The notes under the pieces are model-generated. The model was not told the DNA's origin. It saw only the letters and a list, made by a program, of their open reading frames with translations, and did not search any database. DNA of 64,000 nt from Gekko japonicus. Its lineage: Eukaryota. Position numbers and translations under genes: made by a program. Positions 49,626-60,700 of this stretch are shown here, piece after piece. Where the stretch lies: assembly GCF_001447785.1 (NCBI RefSeq), contig NW_015161956.1, positions 1,180,853-1,244,852 on the forward strand. Direction: 5' to 3'. The first letter of the stretch is position 1. Every line of letters starts with the position of its first letter.

Positions 49626-51399
49626 CACTGATAAAACTGGCAGGGGTGAAGTCAGAAAAACAAAGAGAAACATTTGCAAGGAGGATTTCTGAATCTATCT
49701 GTGCTAAAAAGGAATCTCTTCACCAGTAACTGACATCACTGCTCTTCTCACTGTGCATGCATGGAGAGGCAGGAGACATAGTACCCTTGGGCTCTACAAA
49801 CAGGGACTAGCATGAGACCTTGTTCGTAGAGCTGTTCTGCCAGGCTTTTAGTTGAGGCGGTGGACACCCAAATAGTTGGCCTCCCTGCATACAGGCTGTC
49901 CTAATCATCTGTTCCATGTGGAGTTCTGGTATATGAATTTGGACTGATTCCAGTTACCATCAGTCCGGCTTATGGGGGATTTGAATTGCTATGTTTATTT
50001 CACCATCTTTTGTTTAATGGTTTTAGCTATTTCTAAGAATTAACTATATTAATTTGGTTTTGATTGCACATGTACCCTGATGTTGCCCGCCCCGTGCCCG
50101 TTTTGGGAAGAGCAGGATATAAATTTAACTAATAGATAAAAAGCAGCAAAAAATTGCTTAGCAGCAACCTGGAGCCATGCAGGGTCTTGCACTGCCCATT
50201 TTAAGATTACAGCAGTTATATTCTACTCAGGATGGGAACTGATTTGCTCAGTAGGGGGAACTTACGATTCGCTCTTCACACTATGAACCTTGTTGTCAAG
50301 AGAAATTGTTGAAATCAGGTTCCAACTACAAAGCCGGCAAACTGAAGAAGTTGCTGGAAACGTCTCCTTTAAGTATCTGGGGCGTTTTTGCTAAGGCTGT
50401 TCTTGAAAATGTTTTGAAAACATTTATGCCTTGTTTGTATTTGTATGCACATTTTGATGTTGTGGCACCACCAACTTTATAATTGTTAAATAGAGTATAT
50501 ATATATTGGCATTTTTGATGGCGTTTTTCTTAGCGGTTTTTGCTTTTTTTGGATCATTTTAAGATTACAGCAGTTCTACTCAGGATGTGAACTGATTTGC
50601 TCAGTATGGGGGGGGGAATTAGAGGGAACATTGAACACCACTAACCCTACCTATGCTCTGGGACCTATGCTCTTAAGTTCTTCAACATTAAAGCATGGAG
50701 GTAAGTATTCTAGACTGCATTTAACATTATGCCTCTACAGGAACTGAGTGCATCCTTCACTAGGAAATCTGTGAACTGTGTGTTGAATATTGACTCTCTA
50801 GTTACATACACACGCAAACACCATTTAATACAGCATGACTTCACAATCTTCTTTATTATACATGTTAATACAACAAAAGGTTTTGAAGGCCCACTTCTCA
50901 GGCAATATTACAGGTATTATACCTGTGTGGCAACAGCCCTGTACACCAATGACTGCATTCCAGCTCTAGTTTTGTTTCATTCAACTAGTAATTTTGGATG
51001 GACATGAGCTGCCCCACCTGCATCCAGCAAGTTCAGTGGGGACCATTACACCTCCACTGGATTGAATTGCATGTATATGCTGCATTTATGTGTGTGTATA
51101 CAAGGGAAAGTTATCATTTTTCAATGTGTTCACTGTGTGTAAATATAAGGAAATCAATACAACACATTTGCCATCATGTATGGTGGTTTTCCTACACAGA
51201 TGAATTATTTGTCAGTATTTGCGGAGCTGGACTGTGCATTCCAGTTATTCTAAAACCATTGATTTTAAAGAGTATAGCCTGGAGTAATTCTTCATAGGAG
51301 TCCTGTATCAAAGTCGCCGGCAGCAAGATATTTAACATCCGATCTGCATATTCAGTTGGACTGAATATCACATCTCACATTTCCTGTTAGACGTTACAA

Positions 51400-52360
51400 G
51401 AGAGAAAAATACACGAACAGAAAATGCTTCCTCCTCCATCCAGCCACTGGACACCCCGCCCCCAAAACCTGCAGGTGTCCCTAACCTGAAAGCAGCGCTC
51501 CGCCACTATGTGCCACTCGCGAGAGGGGGGGCGCTGCTGTGGGCGGCGCTGTTGACTGCAAAGCCCCACTGAACTTCCTCCCACGTAAGAGCCCTCAGAA
51601 CTGCGGGCTTTTCAGCCAGGAAGCGCGGAGCGCCCACGAGGTCGGGGAAGCCTTCGACTGAGCGCAGCGCGGCCCTTCCTCTGCAGGGCAGCTAAAAAGG
51701 AGCGGCCCAACAGCGGCCACGTCCACGAGGCCAGGAGCGCTTTATGGGCCTTTCTAAGCAGATGCTTACGACCCTCGACCCTCGTTTGCTCCACAGGTCT
51801 GCCCCGCTGAAAGAAACGATTTCTGAAGCCTTCCCTTCGCGACGCCACTAAGCGACACGCGGGCTTATTAGCAGTTCGGATCCGATACGGTGGGGCCGGG
51901 GGGAAGGGGGCGAGGCACGTGATCGGGTGTAGGCCCGCATCTCGCGGGAGCGCGCGTGGTCTGTGTCCAGCGGGCTTTGTCCGCCTAGGGGGTCCTCCTG
52001 TGGTGGCGTGGCGGGGATTGCTGTGAGGAAGCCCGAAAACTTGATTCTCCACTCTCGCGGCCGCCCCCTGCCCAGCTTCGCGTGACGCCCGCAAGCTAAA
52101 CAAAAATATTGCTCGGGCAGGGACAAGATCGCGCGCCAGTTCCCCCCAGGTGAGCCAACGTGGAGGAAGAGCTCGTGCCGCTTCCCACGTGTCTCTCCGA
52201 GCCCCTCCTTACGAAGGGATTGTGGGCGTCGCGGGGGGAGGGGGATGATATTCCCTGGGGGGAGGGGCGAAGCCTCAGATTGGCTGTATGGGGGGGGGGG
52301 GAGAGTGTCGGCGGCCGAGTGTTGTATGCCGTGTGTTGTGAGTGACCTTATATGTCGTCG
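51400..52360 (+). promoter_or_regulatory. CpG island promoter and non-coding first exon of the MGA-like gene; splice donor after 52149
   Basis: Non-repetitive GC/CpG-rich block about 1.3 kb upstream of the first coding exon. Strong donor CAG|GTGAGC at 52149/52150. CACGTG E-boxes at 51916 and 52186; CTCGCG-core motifs near 51517, 51941 and 52054. Confidence 0.8.
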
Positions 52361-53379
52361 GTAGTTGGAACGTAAAGTTTAAAAAAATGAATCAGATTGA
52401 ACTGGGTGTCATAGCAGCCTTGGGCACTTTTGAATAGTCCTAGTCGTGGCTAATTCTATATAAAGTAAACCACCTTTTATGGTTCCTCTCGAGCCATAAG
52501 GCATTTAAAAGTTGTAAACAGCCATATTAGTCCAAAAGGCAACAAAATTTGTGTGACACTTTTTATGAGGCTCAACCAGCGTAATTTAATTAAGTTAATT
52601 GAAAACAATTACTCAAATACCGGTTGTTTTTTGTTGGACGTTAAAGTGCACTTATGCTTGGGTTTGTTTTTTAGTGTTTTAAATGCGCCTTCCTGCTTTT
52701 CTGCATCTTTTTAAATATATACTTAGCTAAGCCCAAACCAGTATATTTGACTATGGTTTACAATTTCACAACAGGTTTTGTGAGAAGTGTATTTGTTTGT
52801 TTAAAATGTTTATATCCTGCCTCATCCAAGGACATCTCTTGGAGTCAAGTGTTCTTGAACTCTAGATGCCTAATAAATCAGGAGAAGCTGCAAGGACACA
52901 AAAGCATCATAAGCCTCCAGCAACAAAATAAGCATTCTGTTAAAAATGTGGCCAATTCTGCCAAAACAGTTTACCCTCCATTCAAATGCCCTCTTGTATA
53001 AAACCATCTTACCAACCATAAGGAATACTATTATCCCTAATTATTTTTCTGTAATATGAACTACCTCATCCTGCTACTACACTGTTGGAATGCTAAAAGC
53101 CAGTTTTGTGATTAGCCAGCACATTTATTCTGTTTTATGGAAGTTTAACTCACCAAGGATTGCTTGTTAGTCACTTAAATTTCAATAGGCTAGGATTGAA
53201 TTGATAAAATTATTGGATGTGCATGCTTGAGTTGTAGATATTCTCTTATGAATGTTAGAGGTGATTTGTCATGTGACTATGATAATTGGATGGTTGTACG
53301 GTGAAAAAATACATTGTATCATCATCCTGGTGGTTGCATAATATCTCACAAATGTTGACTATTCTTGTGTGTAAAGTGC

Positions 53380-53541
53380 TGTTGTTGTGGCTGACCCCTC
53401 AATGGGTTTTCAAAGCAAGTGAGAAGCAGAAGTGGTCTGCCATTGCCTTCCTCTGCAGAGTCTTCCTTGGTGGTCCCTCATCCAAGTACTGACCCTGCTT
53501 AGCTTCCAAGATCTGATTAGATCAGGCTATACCATGTAGCC
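53380..53541 (-). mobile_element. 5S rRNA-derived SINE
   Basis: Minus strand gcctgatctaatcagatcttggaagctaagcagggtcagtacttggatg matches the 5S internal promoter region; followed by gaggaaggcaatggc. Confidence 0.75.
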
Positions 53542-53698
53542 TTCTCTCTGATGACTGTATTCGTAGTGCTAACCGATTCCTCTGTAGTTCAGATACTTTA
53601 TTGTTTAATTTGTTTCTCAGGAAATTGGCCACGAGAGGAATGCTGTCAGGAGTGTACAAGATTTGGAGCTGATATGAGAATATACAACAGTACATGTG

Positions 53699-54723
53699 AT
53701 GGAGAATCAACCAGTTGTGTTACGAAACCAGGATGGCAAGAGAGCATCATGTGCAGTACCTGCTTTTCCCATCCTTGTGAAAGAGCCACTGGGCAGTGGA
53801 AGAGCTGATCAAAGCACCTTGCTTTCAAATCACAATAGCTTTGGTCTTGTGAGCAGTGCAATATCATCAGTAAATTCTAAAGTGAAGACTTGCCTTCCTG
53901 TGGATTGTACCTCTGGAGGCATTACTGTCACCTTGGACAACAATACCATGTGGAATGAGTTCTACCATCGCAATACAGAAATGATTCTCACTAAGCAGGG
54001 AAGGCGGATGTTCCCATATTGTCGATACTGGATCACAGGCCTGGAATCCAACCTGAAGTATATCCTGGTCATGGATATTTCTCCCGTTGACAACTACCGC
54101 TATAAATGGAATGGGCATAGTTGGGAGCCCAGTGGAAAAGCAGAACCTCACGTCTTGGGGCGAGTATTTATTCATCCGGAATCACCTTCCACAGGTCATT
54201 ACTGGATGCATCAGCCAGTGTCTTTCTACAAACTCAAACTTACTAACAATGCCTTGGACCAGGAAGGGCACATCATCTTGCACTCCATGCACCGCTATCT
54301 ACCTCGCCTACATTTGGTGCCTGCCGACAAAGCCACAGAAGTTATCCAGCTGAACGGTCCTGATGTCTGCACCTTCACCTTCCCACAGACAGAATTCTTT
54401 GCTGTGACAGCCTATCAAAACATTCAAATTACACAACTAAAAATAGACTATAATCCATTCGCAAAAGGTTTTCTGAAAGATGGACTGAGAAGTAGTTCCC
54501 AATGTGAGGCAAAGCAAAATGGTAGGTTAGAGTATGAAGTCTTTCCTAATAATGACAGATGCCCATGTTCTCCTGAAGCTGATATTTTGGATCCTGGACA
54601 GAGAGGCCTAAATGGTTTATACAACAACCAGAAGATGTGTAATACTGATTTGGAAAGAGAGTCATTCAATTCAGACATCAATGAGCCTGATGAACCAGAA
54701 TTAAAGCAGGAGACATCTGAATT
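53699..54723 (+). CDS. MGA: MGA-like first coding exon containing the whole T-box (exon acceptor at 53620/53621)
   Basis: ttctcag|GAAAT acceptor; ATG at 53699 in context GTGATGG; donor GAATT|gtaaga. Confidence 0.93.
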
Positions 54724-57700
54724 GTAAGATCATATCTGTATATTTTTGGTGATGGTTGGGTTACAGTGAGCTTCGTTAGTTATTGCTGTGCAATACTTTG
54801 AAATACTGTGATGTTATAGCTTCTAAAGGAGAAATACCTGCATGTAGTTTTCTGCAACAAGAAATGGAACGTGGTTTTGACTTTGGAAACTATGTAAACT
54901 TTTCTAGCCCATATTCATGTTGTGCACTGCCCCCTTAGTTACTGCTTTTGTTTTCTCATATATGTTACATGAGTCTGTTTTTAAAATAAGTACTTACTTC
55001 ATTTATGCCCAATGGAGATACAAAGAATCTTGCATTGTTCTTCGCTCCTTCCACAACAACCCTGTGAGGTAGGTGAGGTGGAGAGTGTGATTGGCTCATG
55101 TTACCTAGCAAGTTTCCTAGCAAGTTTCCATGGTAGCATGGGGAGTCAAATCTGGGTCTTATCACTACACCACACTCTTACCACTACACCACACTGGCTC
55201 CCATACATGTTCATTTCTTTATCATAGTAGTAGAAAGTTGAGCAAAAAGGCCATCTCAAACGGCAGTATCTTTCTGACCATCACATGTAAATGGGCAGTG
55301 GGTATTGTCATTTTCTCTATTTATGTGAGTTCTTTTAATGGCATCTACTTGGCTTCCGCTAGAGACAGAATAAGTACCTACCTGCTTCATTGTTTCCTTT
55401 ATCTACTTGGCTTCCGCTAGAGACAGAATGAGTACCTACTTGCTTCATTGTTTCCTTTGCCAGGACTCAGGTATTTCTTCTGTTCCATGTGCTGATTTAT
55501 TACACTATTATATGATAATACTTCTGAGTAAACATTAGTCCCATTGATTACACTGACACCTGCTTCCAAGTTAGTATGCTTTGGGCTACAGCATAGAAAT
55601 AAATCCTGTTCCAACCAGTGGGACTGCAGTGCTATAATAAACTGAATTGAGGAATTAAAATTACTTCTGAGTAAACATGGTTATATAAGAGTCATCGTGG
55701 AAACAGACAGGATGATAGCAATTGCTTTATTCTGTTTTCAGGTTTTTTTAAATGTCAGTACATTGAAGTCTGATCATGTGTATGCTTAATCAAAAATAAA
55801 CACCACTGAATTCAATGGCACATTACCAGTAGAAGTGCATAGAAAGATAGAATTGCCTGTAAGGCTACATTTACATGCATACCTACATGAGAGCTGGTCT
55901 CACTGAACTGAATTAAAGTTCCATGAAAATGATAATAGATGAGAATAATTATTCATTGCAAATAACATGTAAATATAAATGTTTGAGTTTATAGTGTCTG
56001 AAAACTTTATTGGTGTAGAAAAGTTTTATTATTGTTTCAGTTAATTAGTGTTCTCTTTTTCTTCAAGAAATTCTTCAAGATTATTGCAGGAAAAGATCAT
56101 AAGGTAGGGATAGGGTCTGCTAAAACAATGGGCTTAGTTTTACAGACCATGAACTGAAGGAGTTCATGGAACAGATCTCTTCCCCCTGCGCTCTGCAGCC
56201 TCCTGCACCCTGGGAAAACAGCTACAAAGGTTGGGGAAGCCTCACGAATAGATTGGACTTAGGCAAGGGCTGCTGCCACAAGAAGGAATTGGCAGACGTT
56301 GTGCCCTCACCTCTTGCTACGGTTGTCAGTCTCCAAGTGGTTGGAGATTTCCCGCTGTTACACTTGATCTCCAGGTAACAGAGATCAGTTCCCCTGGAGA
56401 AAATGGTGCTTTGGAAAGGTAACTCTATGGCATTATATCCCATTGAAGTCCCTCCCCCCTCTAAAACTTGCCCTCTTGGGGCTCCCCCCCAAATCTTCAG
56501 GTATTTCCCAGTCAGGGCTGGCACCCTACCTCTTGAACAAACCTGTTTGCAGAAGAAATCATGCAGACCAAGTGTCCGTGTGTGATTTCTGTTGAACTCA
56601 CCTTAAACAATAGCAATCTGTGCTGCATTCTGCTCTGTTTGGAAGAGAACAGGACAGAACAAGGTTCCTGACCTTCAGAGGCGCAAGAGGCTGCAGGAAG
56701 AAGGTAGTGAGATCTGTTTCATAAGCTCTTTCCATCCATGGCTTGTTGTGTTGAACCTAATATGTTGGTTGTACAGCCATTGCTTGGTATTTCTTTTCTA
56801 CAAATGCAACATATGAATCTTTAGAGGGTAGAGAAACTACTAAGTATAATATTTATTATATAATTTTGATTTTTTTTCCCGTTAGTATAGTTTTTCTTAA
56901 TTTTTTTTCTCCAGTCCAATAGCTAACCCTTGTGAAAGTGACTCTCACATGAAATCTCTGCTGATCTCAAGTGGGGACATCAATGTTTCCATTAAAGAGG
57001 AGCTGGTAGATGATTCTGATTATGTTTCAAATGTCAATATGGAAAGGATGCAGTTGAAACAGGAAGACATCAACAAAGAGACAGAAGATTTTTCCTGTAG
57101 TGATGATGATCCCATATTGGAGAAGCAGTTGAAGAAACATAGTGAAATGGGAGAATCCCACAAGCGATCACACAATAGCCCATTGGGTGTTGCCAAAACA
57201 AAAATGCTAAAATTGGACAATAGAACAATGTCTGCAGCTTCTATAGAGGCCTATGAGGTCACCAAGAGTATGGTAAAGATCTCTGCTCTTCAGTCCATTT
57301 TGTCTTCTTGTCGGACAGATAAATCCCTTTTGAAACATTCAGAACATTTATTTCCTGCTGGTTTTGAAAACATCGCTAGTCCAATTAAAGCTGTAGGGAC
57401 AAAAATTAAAAACTTTTTTTCTGGAAACAATGAAGAACAGAAATATTGTTTAGTCAAAGATGTGCCATGGGAAAACATTCAAATACATAACAGCCATTCC
57501 ATAAAGCAAAAACCATTGAACCTCAAATGCACAAACTCAGCAGCAGCCATAAATAATGTTGGAGGAAAAAAGCCAAATACAGCGAAGAAACCTGTGTTGA
57601 GTACTGATGTTAATAGTAATCCAAGTGCTGTGTTATCAGGACCATGTAGGAGAGGAAGACCTCAGAAGCTGAAGTCAGAGGTTGAACAACCCCTGAAATA

Positions 57701-60700
57701 CATCAGAAAGGCTATTATGAAGAACCGTTGTGCCCCTTTGAGATCATGTTCTGACCACCCAGAGTTTATACTTGATCATGAGGATGTGGATGGAGTCCTG
57801 TTTGTATCCTTTGAATCAAAGGTAAATCTATGGGTCTTAATTTAGTATTCTGAAACACAACAGTTACTATAGATTTCAGGTGGGTAGCCATGTTGGTCTG
57901 AAGCAGTAGAACATTTCATTCTGATGCATGCACATGAAAGCTTATACCCAGAATTAAACGTTGGTCTTAAGGGTGCCACTGGACTCAAACTTTGTTCTAC
58001 AACAGTTAATAGTTCCTTCTCAGTCTTAGCTATGAAATGTGAGATTTTGGAAAAGGGGTTCCCCCATGCTTAAAATTGAACGTTGTGGCTTATTTTTATT
58101 AAACCCACTAGCTTTGAGTTTTGTAATTTGGATCTTGAATGGTATATATGATAATGCAAAATTGTATTATCCAGACCAGTCTATTTCAGTTGGTTTATAT
58201 TGTCATATGTTACTTACATGACTTTTGGAAGATTGTCTCTCTTGTGAGCCTGGAATACTGTTTCATGTAAGACATTTGATATTTATTTTGTCCCTGTTTA
58301 TATATAGGAAGATCTCAATAATCACACCATTGATCAGTCTGGGAGAACAGGAGAACCACTGAATGAACAGACTGTTTTACAAATTACATGTGATTCAGGT
58401 ACTGACTTAGCATGAAGTAATTGTAATTTATTTCCTGCTATTTAGAAAAATATTTAGAATAATGCTAAAATGGTATATTCACATCATAACCACTGAATGT
58501 GAATTTTTTCTTCTGGCCGGCTGTCAAGAGAAGCCAAATCTGCTCGAAATAAAGCTCTTAGAAGATTTGAAGTCCTTCAGGCATAAACAAGTGATACATC
58601 CCAGTCTTCAAGAAGGTATTTACAGATATTCAGACCTTAGATCTCATGAAAGATAAGTAGAACATATTGAATTTGCATTGGCAAAAACTGTTGCTAAAGT
58701 GATACAGATACAGTTTTATGGTTGAAATTATATGTGCAGATCCATTATCCAGGAAAAAAATATTCAGGAAGAAGCTCTCTTTTCTTGCATTTATACTATG
58801 GAAACTGTTTAGCTGTACTTTTATTTGACATAGTACTGTGAATAATGCACAGGTTTATTGCCCACCATCCTGTGGATTGGATTCAGTGATCTGCTAGCAG
58901 GAGGACCTGGAGGCTACAGATCTTTCCTCTGGTCCCCGTTCCCTCAGCAGTCCACAGGAAAATTGATTCATGGCGTCTTGGGACTCACATGTACTGATAA
59001 CCATGTGGACAGAGGGCTGCATTGAGAAGGGGACAAAATTGCTTCATCTCCCATCACTGAGCTGTGCTCATAGAAGCAGGAAGCAGTTTCATCCCTTTCC
59101 CCTCAAGGTAGTCTCCTGACCAAAGTGCCCTGTTGTCCACTCAGGTTCCATGAGCTCAGGAATCAGTTTTCCCAGGGGGCCCTGAGGAGATTGCTGAAGC
59201 GGAGGGGAACACAGCACGGAAACATGCTTCTTGCAGTGGTGGTTCTTTAGATCCAATCCGTTTCATGGAGTCCTATATTTGTTTTTGAGGAGGTTGGTTA
59301 TCCACATAATTGAATTTGAGCTGTAAAGATACTTGAGGTGGTATTTTCTTCTTCCAGTGGGACTGAAGCTGGGTTCTGTGGACCCAGCAGTTAGCATTGA
59401 CCTAAAATATTTGGGTGTACAGCTTCCTCTGAGATCTTCAAAGGATCGTGTATTTGGTAACAACCAAGGAATAAGACCCAGTTCTTTAGGTAAATGGGTT
59501 TTAAAATCCATAAAGTGTTAGAATATTAGTAGGCAAGAAAAGCTTGAATGTTCTAATATTAATAAAATCTTATTCTTTTTTCTAGAAGAACATTTTGTTA
59601 ATCTTGCTACCTAATGAAAATAATTTCTAGTAAAGGCAGTTGCTATCTGTAAGTCTGGTAAATAGTTTTCTGTTAAAAATCTCTTTTGTCTTTTCATTTG
59701 GTCTCTGGTTAGTAGGGTTGCCAAGTCCCCCCAGGGGGTGGGGAAACCCCCGCCCAAGAGGCCCGTCCCCGCTGGCGCAGATCGGGCCACCTGGGGAGAC
59801 CCCACCCACAAAGTGTTAAATGTGCCTGGCATGAACACGTCACCTGGAGGTGACGTAATCGCGTTGGACACGTTGTGGGGGGACGCTCTGTCATCCGAGG
59901 GAAAACTCTATGGTTTTCCCTCGAATGATTGTGGCCCTGCCCCCAACGTGCCCGATGTGATTACTTCACTTCTGGGTGACGTAATTGCAGCGCGTGTGCT
60001 TTGCTCGCACACCAGGAAAATTCAAAGGGACGTCCGGGACTCCCCCCGCTATTCCCGAGGTAGGACTTGGCAACCCTACTGGTTAGTAAGATAACTTTGC
60101 TGTCTTTACTTCTAGATGCTAGCCTTTCCTTCATTTCCAGGACTGGGAAAACAGATGATTTTAGAAAGATAAAAGGATGGCAGGAAAAAGTCCACAATAC
60201 TTCTAGGCATGAAGGTAAGAAGTAGATTCTGTATGGTATGGTGATTCTACAAACAGAAAAACTTAATTTTTTCTCAGTGAGAACAAAGTAAATAAATAAT
60301 AACCCTACACTTTCCTAACAATCAGTTTTCTGTTGTTTTCGTTTTTATGAGGAACTGAAGATTTGATTGATACTGAAATATTTTTGTTTATGCAGTACAA
60401 ACACATTTATATATAACACCAGTTCCCATGATTTCATCACATTTGATTGTGACCCCCCCAAACCAGCACTTCTGTGGGACTGAGTAAATGGTTCTGTTTG
60501 AGTTCTTAGCATTAAATTTAGCAGACAGCAGCTGTCAAGACTGTTGAGAGATAGGCAAAAACTGTCATCCCCAAGAAAGTGGAGTGGCTAGAGGTGGGAG
60601 TATGTTTTGCTTGTGAATAATTGATGCTGACTATTTTATTCTGTTTGTAGCAACAATCGTTTTTGCTTCCCTGTGTTCCTAGAAGAACATCAAGCTTCAA

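Noticed and set aside
51612-52126. Antisense ORFs in the CpG island (possible bidirectional gene)
   Set aside because: Arg/Pro/Ala-rich, non-ATG starts, expected from GC content; no supporting exons seen
53380-53541. 5S rRNA gene
   Set aside because: Partial, diverged and fused to a retroposon tail, so it is a SINE and not a functional rRNA gene
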